From the NCBI RefSeq assembly GCF_000315625.1, contig NW_005434524.1, positions 99,871 through 135,677 of the forward strand: a stretch of 35,807 nucleotides of DNA, read 5' to 3'. A program made the position numbers and the translations under genes. The notes under the pieces are model-generated. The model searched no databases. It saw only the letters and a list, made by a program, of their open reading frames with translations, and had not been told where the DNA came from. This document shows, piece after piece, positions 23,013-33,227 of the stretch. Each line of letters opens with the position of its first letter. Position 1 is the stretch's first letter. The stretch is from Guillardia theta CCMP2712 (Eukaryota > Protista > Cryptophyta).

Positions 23013-23681
23013 ATGATGAACGGAGAGTGCTATTGGAAGACGGTAAGGTGCAGAAGTTGAGAGGTAGGTGAGGAGACTTGGAGGAGGAGAACATTGTCTA
23101 TAGACATTGCACATTCTCTATGACTATTTGGAAAACGATGAGAAATATGTTGACATACACTAGCCTGTGGAGAGAACCTCCACGAAACTCCAAGCTGCCT
23201 ATGTTTTGACGATCGCATGTTTTTTTGCATAACAACACAAATGGCTTCATGAATGTTTCAACAAACAAGCTGTGATGATTATAGAATCTTCTCACGGCAG
23301 CGATGAATACAACGCCGGCCAGGCAGCAGACGGTACGGATGGTAAACTACACCCGTTTGCAAGATCATGTCATCGACAAAAACTTTCAAGGTGTTAGGCA
23401 GCAAGAGACTTGAGGCAAGCCCGCTGGAGTTATGCAGATCTTCACGTAGATCGCTACGTAAGACTTGAAGCTTCTTCATTGCCTGAGGAGAGGTTCTCGA
23501 CGAGCAATGGCAGGCTGGGGGGATAAAACCTATTGATTACAGACTTCCTGACGATTGAGAGTGAAGCTGGAGTGAGGCGAACAAGAGTAAACAAGAGGCG
23601 GGCATCAAGGTTGGTCAGAGATAGCGTCTTATCTGACAAAGGTAGGACATCTACAGCTTGAAAGCACCTCGACGTGAATGA
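23013..23681 (+). CDS. Possible small spliced hypothetical protein
   Basis: Paired GT..AG signals give NLLTAAMNTTPARQQTVRMVNYTRLQDHVIDKNFQ-DLHVDRYVRLEASSLPEE-SWSEANKSKQEAGIK-DIYSLKAPRRE-stop. The 5' part is unresolved and no domain was recognised. Confidence 0.25.
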
Positions 23682-24879
23682 AGAGCTTCCCTTTTTCTTC
23701 TTGCCTACAACCTCCTATAAAGGGGATGTCAAGAAAAAAGAACCGCATGTTTTACATCCTCAGAGCCTTGAGTTCATTTTGAATGCTGACCGTTTATTGA
23801 ACGTTCAAGAAATCAAACAGTATCCACACCTTGACTTCCTGCTCCGGTCCACGACAACAGGAAATCGAATGAAGAACAACGATTCCTCACCTACAACTGC
23901 TGTCCGCCAGAGCATGTTAGCAACCACATGGCGTCTACAACAGGCACGTTTGGCAGGGGCAGGGCTGCATGTTCTAGCTAGAAAGCAGCAGTAGAGCAAT
24001 CTTCCTTGCTGCCTTGTGGCACACTGGACCAAAGACTCATACCGTAGGGAGTAGGTTCATGTCCTAGCTGACTGCAGTAGCCTGTCGTGCTCGATGTGTT
24101 GTAGTAAACGCAGCATTGATTACTCTGGTGTTCTCCCTCATTCCTGAAGATTGTGTGTACAACATGCCTCCCAGGAAAGGCGCCAAGGGTTGTTCTGTAA
24201 GAGAACACATACAAAGAAACCATCTGAGTTTATTGACAATCAACGAGCAAGGGAGCGAATGCATGGGAAGATGTTGAGAGCCCTTCGATTGTTCTTGTCC
24301 ACAACAAGATACTGCAGTCAGAGAGACAATGAGTGCACCAAATCAATGACAGCCAAACATGCGCTGAGACTCTAACTTATCATTCCACAGTAACTTATCG
24401 TTCCACTCTGTGACACTACAGTACCAAAGTCTCTGAATGCTCAGTTTGCTATCCAAAAAAGATGGTATACTCTGTGTATGATAGCCCTAGCATTGCGAAA
24501 CAAAAGATTTCAGCTCAGAAGCGGAAGACATCCAAAGCCTTTTCTCTTGCAACCCTATTTGCTGATGGATACACTCTTGTTTCCGTTACTTCTATCCGCT
24601 GATGGCAGCAACATTTCGTCTATACGCTTCACCATGACTTTTTCGTTTCGACAAAACCTCTTTCTCATCCCCTTTCACCCACACCCTTTCTCGTTCTCGT
24701 TCTCGTTCTCGTTCTCGTTCTCACCTCCCTCTACCTCTCAAGGCATGATTCATCACCAATTCTGACTCCTCCGCCATCCTTCCCTCCCTCCACCTTGCTT
24801 CTGCTCTCGTTCATGTTACTCATCAAGTTCCTCGGCCGGTTTCATGCTTTCACCCTTTTTGCTCTTTTTTACACTTTTT

Positions 24880-25640
24880 ATCACGGGAGACATGAGATAA
24901 CACGAAAAGTATCTTTTTCAGATCTGTTTTACTCCTCAGATATAAGAACACTTATTTTCGTAATTAATTTTAAAAGTTCCGGTCAGCAAACCGACTGCCG
25001 TGAGCTACTTTCCATGGTCATCCAGTACCCCTCATTTCCTATCAAAATATGTGGATCTGACAGGGGTCATGGACATGAAATGACCACACCACCCTGCAGA
25101 GGGCTGTGAACGACACGGTCGGGGAATTAGCTAAAATCAGGGGGTGGGGTGGGAGGTTTGGCAGACAGAAAGATATTTACTACATGTATAGTAAAGATAG
25201 GTCAACGGAGGGGGTTAAGTCATACCGTTGAGTAGGGAAAGGACCGGGTTCATCCAAATTTTATAAACATATAATATATCCAGTACTTTTTATATAATTA
25301 TAATCAGTTTGTACGGAGTCGAAAAGTTTTTATTATTAATAGGGTTTTGGGAGCACATGGCGCCGGAGTGTGCACGGCAACAGATAGGTGGGGGTAGTCA
25401 AATTGTTTGTATTTAGGGGGTGGTGATGACTGTGGGGTAGGTTGTCTAGATGCAGGGGTCATAGTATCCGGTACTGTACAGCTACAAAGAACCAGGAAGA
25501 TAGGGGTGAAGTTCTTGAAGTGGAAGTAAAGCACATGGATAGGCAATAACCTGATAGTTTGAGAGAGGTGGGGTGGTAGAGTGGTGGGGTGGTGAGGCAG
25601 CGGGGGTATGATGCCTCCACAGGGAAGCGAGAGAAACATT
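24880..25640. promoter_or_regulatory. AT-rich intergenic region with promoter-type motifs
   Basis: No long ORFs with a recognisable product. Contains GTACCCC (25025-25031), GGGGTAG and GGGGTGGGG tracts, CCGG-centred motifs and a TA-rich core at 25260-25340. Confidence 0.4.
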
Positions 25641-25674
25641 TTCTACCTTCACTGATACAGAGGAGAGGAGGAGG

Positions 25675-25805
25675 AGAGGGAGAGGGAGAGGGAGAGGGAG
25701 AGGGAGAGGGAGAGGGAGAGGGAGAGGGAGAGGGAGAGGGAGAGGGAGAGGGAGAGGGAGAGGGAGAGGGAGAGGGAGAGGAGGGGAGAGGGAGAGGGAG
25801 AGGGA
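25675..25805. repeat. (GAGGGA)n hexamer microsatellite
   Basis: Directly visible near-perfect hexamer run. Confidence 0.95.
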
Positions 25806-26121
25806 GGAGGAGGATCATTAGGGGCAGGAAAAGGAGGAGCAGGAGCAGAAGTAGTGAATAGTAGTTGCAGGAAGAGCAGGTATAGTAGGAGGAACATAAA
25901 TATTTAGGAACAGTAGCAGAAATAGCAGGTGAAGCAGGAGGAGCAGGAGTAGTAGAAAGAGAACCAAGGGAAGGATGAAAAATATGAAAGGAAGTCAGGG
26001 TAGGCAAAGGTGTAAGCAAGGAGGGAAGAGAAAAATGCAAGTGAATGACGGAAATCAGGCGCGATTATTGATTGATTAATCATACATATGGTGTTATGGA
26101 TTGTGCTTGTTGTAATTGTTG

Positions 26122-26205
26122 GTAGTGGCAGCGGCAGCGGCAGCGGTAGCGGCAGTGCTGCTGCTGCTGCTGCTGCTGCTGTGATGATGATGATGATGAT
26201 GATGT
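26122..26205. repeat. Compound microsatellite (GGCAGC)n-(GCT)n-(GAT)n
   Basis: Directly visible. Confidence 0.85.
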
Positions 26206-26606
26206 CTACGATGTAGATGTGACTGAAGTAGAAAACGGAATGCATAATGCTCGAGAGCAACAATTAACAGTTGTCAGATCTCAATCCAACAAGTCAGGAG
26301 CAGATGGGTTTGAGACAAAGTGGACAAGAGAAAGGCAAAAGATGAGGAAGTCAGATTATGAAAAACGACACGATGAGTCGCTTGGAGACGATTTCTTCGT
26401 GTTTTCTCCCTGTCTTGGCCCTTTCTTATGATCATCACGCTTCTAACTCTGATTGTCCCTCACATGTCTTCTCCTTTGCTGTCCTCTTGTCTTGGTTGTA
26501 CACACTGGAGCTATACTGAGATGTAGTCCTTGCAGGCGAGTCAGATGTCGACCTGAGGCAACTCCCAACCACCTCTTCACATTCCCGCGCGATCCGCACC
26601 CGCAAA

Positions 26607-28571
26607 ATGTCGGAGTCGCCGTCAGAATCTGCAGACAAGCCCATGAGCGCCGATTCCAAGAGGGAGTGGAACAGGATGCGGGCAGCGAGAAAGAAGATGC
26701 TGAGGAACGGACAGAAGCAGCTCTTGTCCCGACTGGACGAAGCTCTGCCCGACGACTCCAGGCGGCTGGTCGGGAAGGGGCAGGGGAAGAGGTCGTTGGG
26801 ATCGGAGGGGAGGTCACTGTTGAACATCCTGGAGGACACGGTGGACTATCTGAGGAGGTGCAAGAAGGAGGAGGAGAATCGAGCGAGAGCGATGCGCGAC
26901 AGCGAGGGGGGGAGCCCAGCAACGACGTCAGTGTGCGAGGTAATGAGGCCCGGGCTCCTGTCCAGCAGGTCGCTCGTTGCGTTCGAGGTCGAGCTGTCGA
27001 GCCTGAAGGTGGCTGCCGTCAGCACGCTGGTGGAGGAGCTCTACACAAACTCAGAGCTCGGGAGCCCGTTGGGAAGGAGCTTGAAGGAACTGGTCCACCC
27101 TGACAACGGTCGGGTGATACAGCAGATCCTGATCCAGTCCCAGAGCCCGTCGGCACCGCCGGCCGGCCCCAAGGTCACTGTGCGGTTCTGCACAGGCTTC
27201 AGCTCCATGGACCCGTGCAGCATCTTGACCTGCGACGTTCGGGTGACGCCTTGCACCGCGAACAAGCGCTTCCTCCTCGTGGGAGAAGTTCAGGAGGCGA
27301 AGAAGCCGCCAAGCATGAAGGCATGCGAAGAAGTCATGGTGTCGAACTCGCCAACGCTGGTGAGAGCGGAGGACGTGGTCGAGGTAGAGCTCCCCGACGG
27401 GAAGATCACCGGGCTGCGGGGGAGGACGAAGGACTGGTTCCGGCACGCTCCCTTCAAGATGATCACGGGCCAGTACTTGACTATGTTGCTCCACCCTCTC
27501 GACCAGGAGTCTTTCATCCTCTACCTCGCGGAGCTCAACCGGCTCAAGGACGCCATCGCTCCCAGTGCCCTCAACGTTCGCGTCATATGCTTCCACCCGG
27601 TCGACTTCGTGCCCCGTTCGCACGACGATCGAGCTGTCGAGACCATCCGGCAGATGACGATTGTGGACCCGCTGCGGTGTAAGCTGCAGGCGCAGCGGGT
27701 GTACAGGAAGAACGGCATGCTGCATGCCAGCCTGGCGTTTGTGGACGTTATGAACGAGGAGGAGATGAATCAGGAGCTGAAGGGGAGGGGCAGGGGAGGC
27801 ATCGCCACGCTGGAAGACGTGACAGGGCCTGCGGATGTTTGGATGGGGATCTACCACTACGACGCGCAGGCGTCAAACGTGTCGCTGAGCGAGTTGCAGC
27901 GAGAGATGCTGAGGTGGGACGACGACAAGCACGAGACCAAGAGCAAGGAGATGTCCTTCTTCGGGAGGATCCGGCAGAAAGTTCTGTCAGCGTCCATGGA
28001 GCTACAAGCAGCGATGACAGAGTCCGCAGCTTCCTTCATGCACTTCCACTTCGGGCTGGGGTCATGCCTGGTCAAGGAAGAGGGGGCAGAGGAGGAGCAA
28101 GAGGAAGGAGCAGGCGGAGGAGGAGCATGCAGAGTGATGGACACGTTCCGTGCTCACTACCGCCTGAAGCTCCCTGCGTTCCTGGGAGGGTTCGAGACGA
28201 ACTGGCGATGCGTCTTGGAGATTCCCATCGACGGGAGCGCAGTCAGCCTGAACAGCGTTGAGAAGACTCAGTCGATCAGAATACCGGTGCGTTACCGCCA
28301 TGGCACCAGCTTCATCGCCTTCATGTGCCGCAAGGACAGCCAGGGCAACCACATGGTCTACCACTCGAGGATCGTGCTCTTCGACAGCAACGGAGGAGGA
28401 GTTACGGCTACGGGGCAGATCATTTCGCCTCATACCGGACTTCCCAGCATCTTCTGCATGCGGGCCAAGAAGATCGGGGCGGTCGACCCGTCGCTGACGG
28501 AACCGAAGAGCGAGACGTTCGTCGAGCGATGCCAGGGCTGGGGTGCCTCGAACAGCATGACCAACTCATGA
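26607..28571 (+). CDS. Intronless atypical bHLH-PAS-PAS transcription factor with a C-terminal beta-rich domain (654 aa)
   Basis: Basic region/helix 1 KREWNRMRAARKKMLRNGQKQLLSRLDEALP; helix 2 RSLLNILEDTVDYLR. PAS-like repeat 1 LVAFEVELSSLKVAAVS...LGRSLKELVHPDNGRVIQQIL and repeat 2 VVEVELPDGKITGL...ITGQYLTMLLHPLDQESF both carry the G-x-S/Y-L-x-x-L-V/L-H-P-x-D/N PAS signature. Long ORF with GC-ending codons. Confidence 0.8.
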   Translation: MSESPSESADKPMSADSKREWNRMRAARKKMLRNGQKQLLSRLDEALPDDSRRLVGKGQGKRSLGSEGRSLLNILEDTVDYLRRCKKEEENRARAMRDSEGGSPATTSVCEVMRPGLLSSRSLVAFEVELSSLKVAAVSTLVEELYTNSELGSPLGRSLKELVHPDNGRVIQQILIQSQSPSAPPAGPKVTVRFCTGFSSMDPCSILTCDVRVTPCTANKRFLLVGEVQEAKKPPSMKACEEVMVSNSPTLVRAEDVVEVELPDGKITGLRGRTKDWFRHAPFKMITGQYLTMLLHPLDQESFILYLAELNRLKDAIAPSALNVRVICFHPVDFVPRSHDDRAVETIRQMTIVDPLRCKLQAQRVYRKNGMLHASLAFVDVMNEEEMNQELKGRGRGGIATLEDVTGPADVWMGIYHYDAQASNVSLSELQREMLRWDDDKHETKSKEMSFFGRIRQKVLSASMELQAAMTESAASFMHFHFGLGSCLVKEEGAEEEQEEGAGGGGACRVMDTFRAHYRLKLPAFLGGFETNWRCVLEIPIDGSAVSLNSVEKTQSIRIPVRYRHGTSFIAFMCRKDSQGNHMVYHSRIVLFDSNGGGVTATGQIISPHTGLPSIFCMRAKKIGAVDPSLTEPKSETFVERCQGWGASNSMTNS

Positions 28572-28591
28572 CGACTTGCTGGGCTCATCTC

Positions 28592-28665
28592 CATCATCAT
28601 CATCGTCATCGTCATCATCATCATCATCGTCGTCATCATCATCATCATCGTCATCGTCATCATCA
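28592..28665. repeat. (CAT/CGT)n trinucleotide microsatellite just 3' of the bHLH-PAS gene
   Basis: Directly visible; gives the poly-His, poly-Asp and poly-Met spurious ORFs. Confidence 0.9.
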
Positions 28666-29105
28666 CCCCCCATCCAACTTTCCTCCTGCTCCTGCTCCTC
28701 ATCACCATCCTCATCCCTTTCCTTTTCTTCATCTTGATCCTCCCCCCCCTCCCGCTCTTGTTGCTGCTCTCTCTGCCCTTTTCCCATCTTACGTCTCGTC
28801 GCGTGTCGTTTGGATCTCAAGGGAATGCAAGAGGAGCAACAATCTCATCCGTTCAAAAGCAAGTAAACAAGTTTTGTTGAACTCCTCCTCCTCCTCCTCC
28901 TGCCTCTCCTCCTCCTCCTCCTCCTGCCTCTCCTCCTCCTCCTCCTCCTCCTCCTCCTCCTCCTCCTCCTCCTCCTCCTCCTCCTCCTCCTCTACTCGAC
29001 TCCTCCCTTGCCATCTCTCTACCTCCTCATTCCCACCCTCTTTGTCACGAAGCATCTTTTTCCTCCTCCGCATCTTCTCTCCTCCCCCTCCATCTCCCAC
29101 ACGTG

Positions 29106-29492
29106 TCAGCTTGCATCGTCGAGCAGTGAAGTCTTATATGTCTCCAGCTGCTCTATCAGCTGCCCTATCAGCTGCTCCTCCTCCGTCAGCGGATTGACCA
29201 CGTGATGCTACCCCCTCCTCCTGCCTCCCCTCCTCTCCCCTCCTGCCAAACTTACACCCCCTCTTCTTCCGCCCCCCACCTGCGCCAGCCCCCTCCTCCT
29301 CCTCCTCCTCCTCCTCCTCCTCCTCCCTCACCTCCTCTGTCTCCTTCTCTCCCATCCTCGTTTGCTCGATCATCCCCTGTAGCGCTGCTTTCTTGCAAAC
29401 TTCCGTGCTGCCATGGTCGAGCGAGAGGAGAGGTTTCTTCATCCAGTCCTTGAGCAAGAGATCATCTGAAGCCTCCTCCTCCTCCCTCCTCC

Positions 29493-29558
<66 letters not shown>

Positions 29559-31105
29559 CCTCTCTCCCCTGCTCCTCCTCCCTCTTCCTCCCTCTCCGTC
29601 TCCCTCCTGCTCCTCCTGCCTCTCCTCCCCCTCTTGCTCCTCCTTGCAAGAGCACCTGAAGCTTGTCGCTGAACTCCCTATTAGGAGTTTCTGACTTGTA
29701 CTCAGCGCTTGCGTCCTGCCATTCTGCTTCCTGTCCTGCGAGTGAGCTAGGAAAGGAAAATTGAGAAGAAGCAACGGGGACAAGAACGTGCGCGAACAAG
29801 AGAGAGAAAATGGAGGCAGCAGGCAGCAGAGAGGAAGAAGGAGGGAGGAAGGAGGAGGGAGCAGAGAGAAAGGAAGAGGAGCGAGGAAGAGGGGGAGACG
29901 TAGCTGTACCTCATGCAAATACTCCGACGATCCTCCGGCATCGTTGAAAGTCACTCCCTTGGACTCTGACGGCTGTGGGTAACTCCCGTCAGCAGACGAG
30001 CGAGGAGGAGGAGGAGGAGGAGGAGGAGGAGGAGGAGGAGGAGGAAGGGAGGGAGGGAAGGGAGAGGAGGGCGTAAGAGAGGAAAAAGGAGAGAGGAGGG
30101 AAGAGGAAGAGGAGGAGGGAGGGCGGGAGGGTAGAGGAGGGAGTGGAGCGTCGCAGGACNNNNNNNNNNNNNNNNNNNNNNNNNNNNNNNNNNNNNNNNN
30201 NNNNNNNNNNNNNNNNNNNNNNNNNNNNNNNNNNNNNNNNNNNNNNNNNNNNNNNNNNNNAAGTGGTTGAAGAATTCTTCCTTGATCCACTCCTCCACCT
30301 ACAATTTGAATGACTCCCTCCCTCTCCCTCTCCTACTGCCTCTGCCTCTGCCTCTCCCCTCCCTGCTGCCCTCCCTCCCTTTCCTTGCCTCTCTCCCTCT
30401 CCCTCTCCCTCTCCCTCTCCCTCTCCCTCCCTCCCCCCTCTTCCTCCCCCTCCTCCTCCTCGCTCTCAGACTGGACATGGAAACCAACATTGACTTCGAC
30501 GAAGCCGTACTTCCTCGTTCGCCCAGCTGTCCGGCACTGAGCCACGTTGATACGAAGGACGTGGCTGCAAGAGAAAAGCGAGTCACGTCCCCTCTTGAGC
30601 TTCTTCCGAACTTTAAGCACGCCTGGCAGGAGCACGATGACGTCAGCGGGCGTTCAACCCGATTCCCTCCTCACTGTTGAAAGGATGGACTTCGTCGTAC
30701 CACGAGACTCTTCTGTCCTTGCAAGGCTGCAAACAAACACGATGAATCGAGTATTTTTCTCCCTCTCCCTCTCCCTCTCCCTCTCCCTCTCCTTCCTCCC
30801 CCTCTCTCGCTCTATCCATCTTCTCCCCCCACCCCCAGTTCCCTCCTCCATCACTGTCACACGACGTTCTTCTCCTCCCACCTGAGCATGGGTCTTGAGC
30901 ACAGTCTGGCCTGACAGCAGCTTCTTGCCCTGCCAGGCCATCTGCGCTTGGATCAGGTATGGGGTCTGGTTTTACAGCAGCATCAGGTTGTCATGAAGGA
31001 GATCGCCACAAGGGTCCTAGCAACCTGCATGCAGTCATCGAGCTGTTCTACACGGATGATGATGGTGATGTTGAAGTATCTCTTCGCCTGCTCCCCCGCC
31101 CTCAT
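29106..31105 (-). CDS. NT-C2 (EEIG1/EHBP1 N-terminal C2) domain protein, spanning an assembly gap
   Basis: Spliced frame MRAGEQAKRYFNITIIIRVEQLDDCMQ-TPYLIQAQMAWQGKKLLSGQTVLKTHAQ-DRRVSWYDEVHPFN-SVLKVRKKLKRG...HVLRINVAQCRTAGRTRKYGFVEVNVGFH-VEEWIKEEFFNH follows the NT-C2 strand pattern (F.l.I..l, W..gk...G.T, v.W.e, L.i.V, lG.v.iNl). Exons after the gap end LIEQLETYKTSLLDDAS-TGA. Both ends are uncertain. Confidence 0.6.
30160..30260. other. Assembly gap (run of 101 N)
   Basis: Directly visible; falls inside the NT-C2 gene. Confidence 1.
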
Positions 31106-31817
31106 CCTCCATGCAGGGTCAAGTTGCCTCGATTCAGCAAGCCTCCTTCAAGTTTCTTTGATCCTCCGAAAGGCGCTCCAAGTTGCCTGCTCAGATGTCA
31201 AAGTTGGCCCGGATACAGAGGCACCCTGTCCTCCGCTCATACTTCAAACCTGCCTGCTCGCACCAGAAAGTTTCTTTCTCGCTGTCTCTCCTCCTCCTCC
31301 TCGTCTTCCTCGTCGTCGTCGTCTTCCTCCTCCTCCTCCTCCTCCTCTATCCGCTTCTTCTGCCCCCCTCCTTCCACCCCGGCGCCCCCCCCCCTCCCCG
31401 CGGCATTACAACGTGAATAATGTGACTCGCCATGACAAGTTTTTTCCCACTTCATTGGAGGGGGTGGGGGGGTGAGACATGAGGGTCTTATCCGTAAAAA
31501 TGATCAGTCCTGGAGTAGGTGGGGTGGTCCTCTATGACGTCTTGGAGGGTAGGGTTGTCACTGTATGCTCTTTCTGTTCTGCCATCATCCGCGCACTCAG
31601 GGCATCAAGAGAGTGCGACTGTACATGGTGGAGTAGAGGAGGAGGAGGAGGAGGAGGAGGAGGAGGAGATGTGAGAGGGGGATACGGCGATGGAGAACAG
31701 GAGGAGGAGAGAGGAGGAGAGAGGAGAGCAAGGGATCCCACGACAAGCGAGTACCTCGGAATCCCTGCACTTTCCAGGAGCGCGTTAACGACGAAGCGGA
31801 AAGTCAGGCCACCCACA

Positions 31818-33209
31818 ATGCAGCTCAGATGGAGTTCGATGCACCTCCTTGCCGCCACCATCGCTGTCTTCATCATGGTCGGCCGATGATTCTCTGACCC
31901 CCCCCCTCCCCCCCCAACACAGACACACACCATTGACGCTCCATGGCGCAGGTGCCATGGAGCCCGACGCACTACATGCCGGGAGCATGTGCTGCGGTCG
32001 AGCCGCCAAATCCCAAGTGGTATCCGATAACTCCCAGGTTGAAGAAACGCCGACATTTCTCTATGGGTATGAACAAGTGCTATGTGCACGGAGGTTTGAT
32101 GGATGGGAGAAGATACCGCCCTAGGAGTTTTCCATGACGACGATCAAGACTTTGAACCTGAAGGTACAGTGTCACTGGTGGATCTAGAAAAAGATGCTGA
32201 GAGGTGTTTGTTTCAGTGATGCCGTCTATGAGAACAATGATCTTCCTTGTAGGTTAAGGAAAACGAAGATTGAATTGCCCAAAGAGACCGAAGCATTACC
32301 GCAGGCCAACAACGGTAACGGAAGTGGCGATGTTTGCCGGACATGAGACGCTGAAAGAATTTTGTGTCGACGTGAGCAGAGAGCGAAGAAGTATTTTTGC
32401 TGAGCTGTATCATGAGCCACATGGATGGAATCATGCAAGGACTCGAGAGTGGAATCGAGCTCAACAAACTCTACTGGATCTTCGTGCCGGGGGATAGGAG
32501 CCAGTCTTGCTACACCTCGCCGCTGCACATCGGTAGACCCTGTGCATGCTAACTGATCTCCTTCATACCTCCATGTGCAGCTGCAGAACAAGGGAACAGT
32601 CATGTTGTCCAGCTCCTGATCAACAACAATGCCATGGTGGACATACGTGATCTTTCAGGAGCCACCCCTTTACACAGGTTCGAGTTCGTGGAGAGGGCAG
32701 GAGCTGATTTCGATGTGACAGAGCTGCGTTCCATGGGCAAGAAGATGTTGTGAATACGCTGCTTTTGAACGGAGCAGACCCGAACGCTCCAGATGCCGAT
32801 GGCCTCAGCCCCATGCACATCGCAGCATGGATGGTATCCGCGACCCTGACAGGGTCTTCCTGACTCCGAATGCAGGGGCAAACCCAAATCTTTGAGCAAC
32901 TCTGGATGGGTGGAGGGCAGCTCAACACGTGCAGCAACGACGGGGAGACGCCTCTGCATGTTGCCTGGTCAGTGCTCCCAGTCGCCTTCGACGCTCCTGA
33001 CTGTGTGACCAGCATCGAGGGGCATCAAGACACTGTGGAGAAATTGTTGGCACTGGGGTGTTGTTTCATAGAGAACAAGGATGGGTTCACTCCCGAGGAC
33101 ATTGCAGGTGCTTTCTTTGAGGAGATGTCCTTGGTTGACGATCGAGCTCGTAGCGGCTCACAACCATACGCACCTCCTTCCTCTCTTACAACAGAAGAGG
33201 CAAGTGTGA
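31818..33209 (+). CDS. Ankyrin-repeat protein with N-terminal signal peptide
   Basis: Exon 1 [20 protein letters not shown], then about 9 short introns. Spliced C-terminal half [84 protein letters not shown]...[24 protein letters not shown]...[20 protein letters not shown] = about 5 ankyrin repeats; TGA at 33207-33209. Confidence 0.85.
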
Positions 33210-33227
33210 AATGGGGCGGGTAAGAGG

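Noticed and set aside
28325-29197. Poly-His/poly-Ser 290-aa ORF as a metal-binding protein
   Set aside because: It is an alternative frame of the bHLH-PAS 3' end running into (CAT)n and (CCT)n microsatellites.
30470-30590. RRM (RTRKYGFVEV as RNP1) or SAM (W-ANEEV-EEW) readings
   Set aside because: The upstream exons fit an NT-C2 strand order in which KYGFVEVNV is the conserved G.v.iNl strand. No RNP2 motif or remaining SAM helices were found.
31106-31241. In-frame TGA upstream of the NT-C2 start as selenocysteine or readthrough
   Set aside because: No redox motif context or evident SECIS; a downstream ATG or an unresolved intron explains it more simply.
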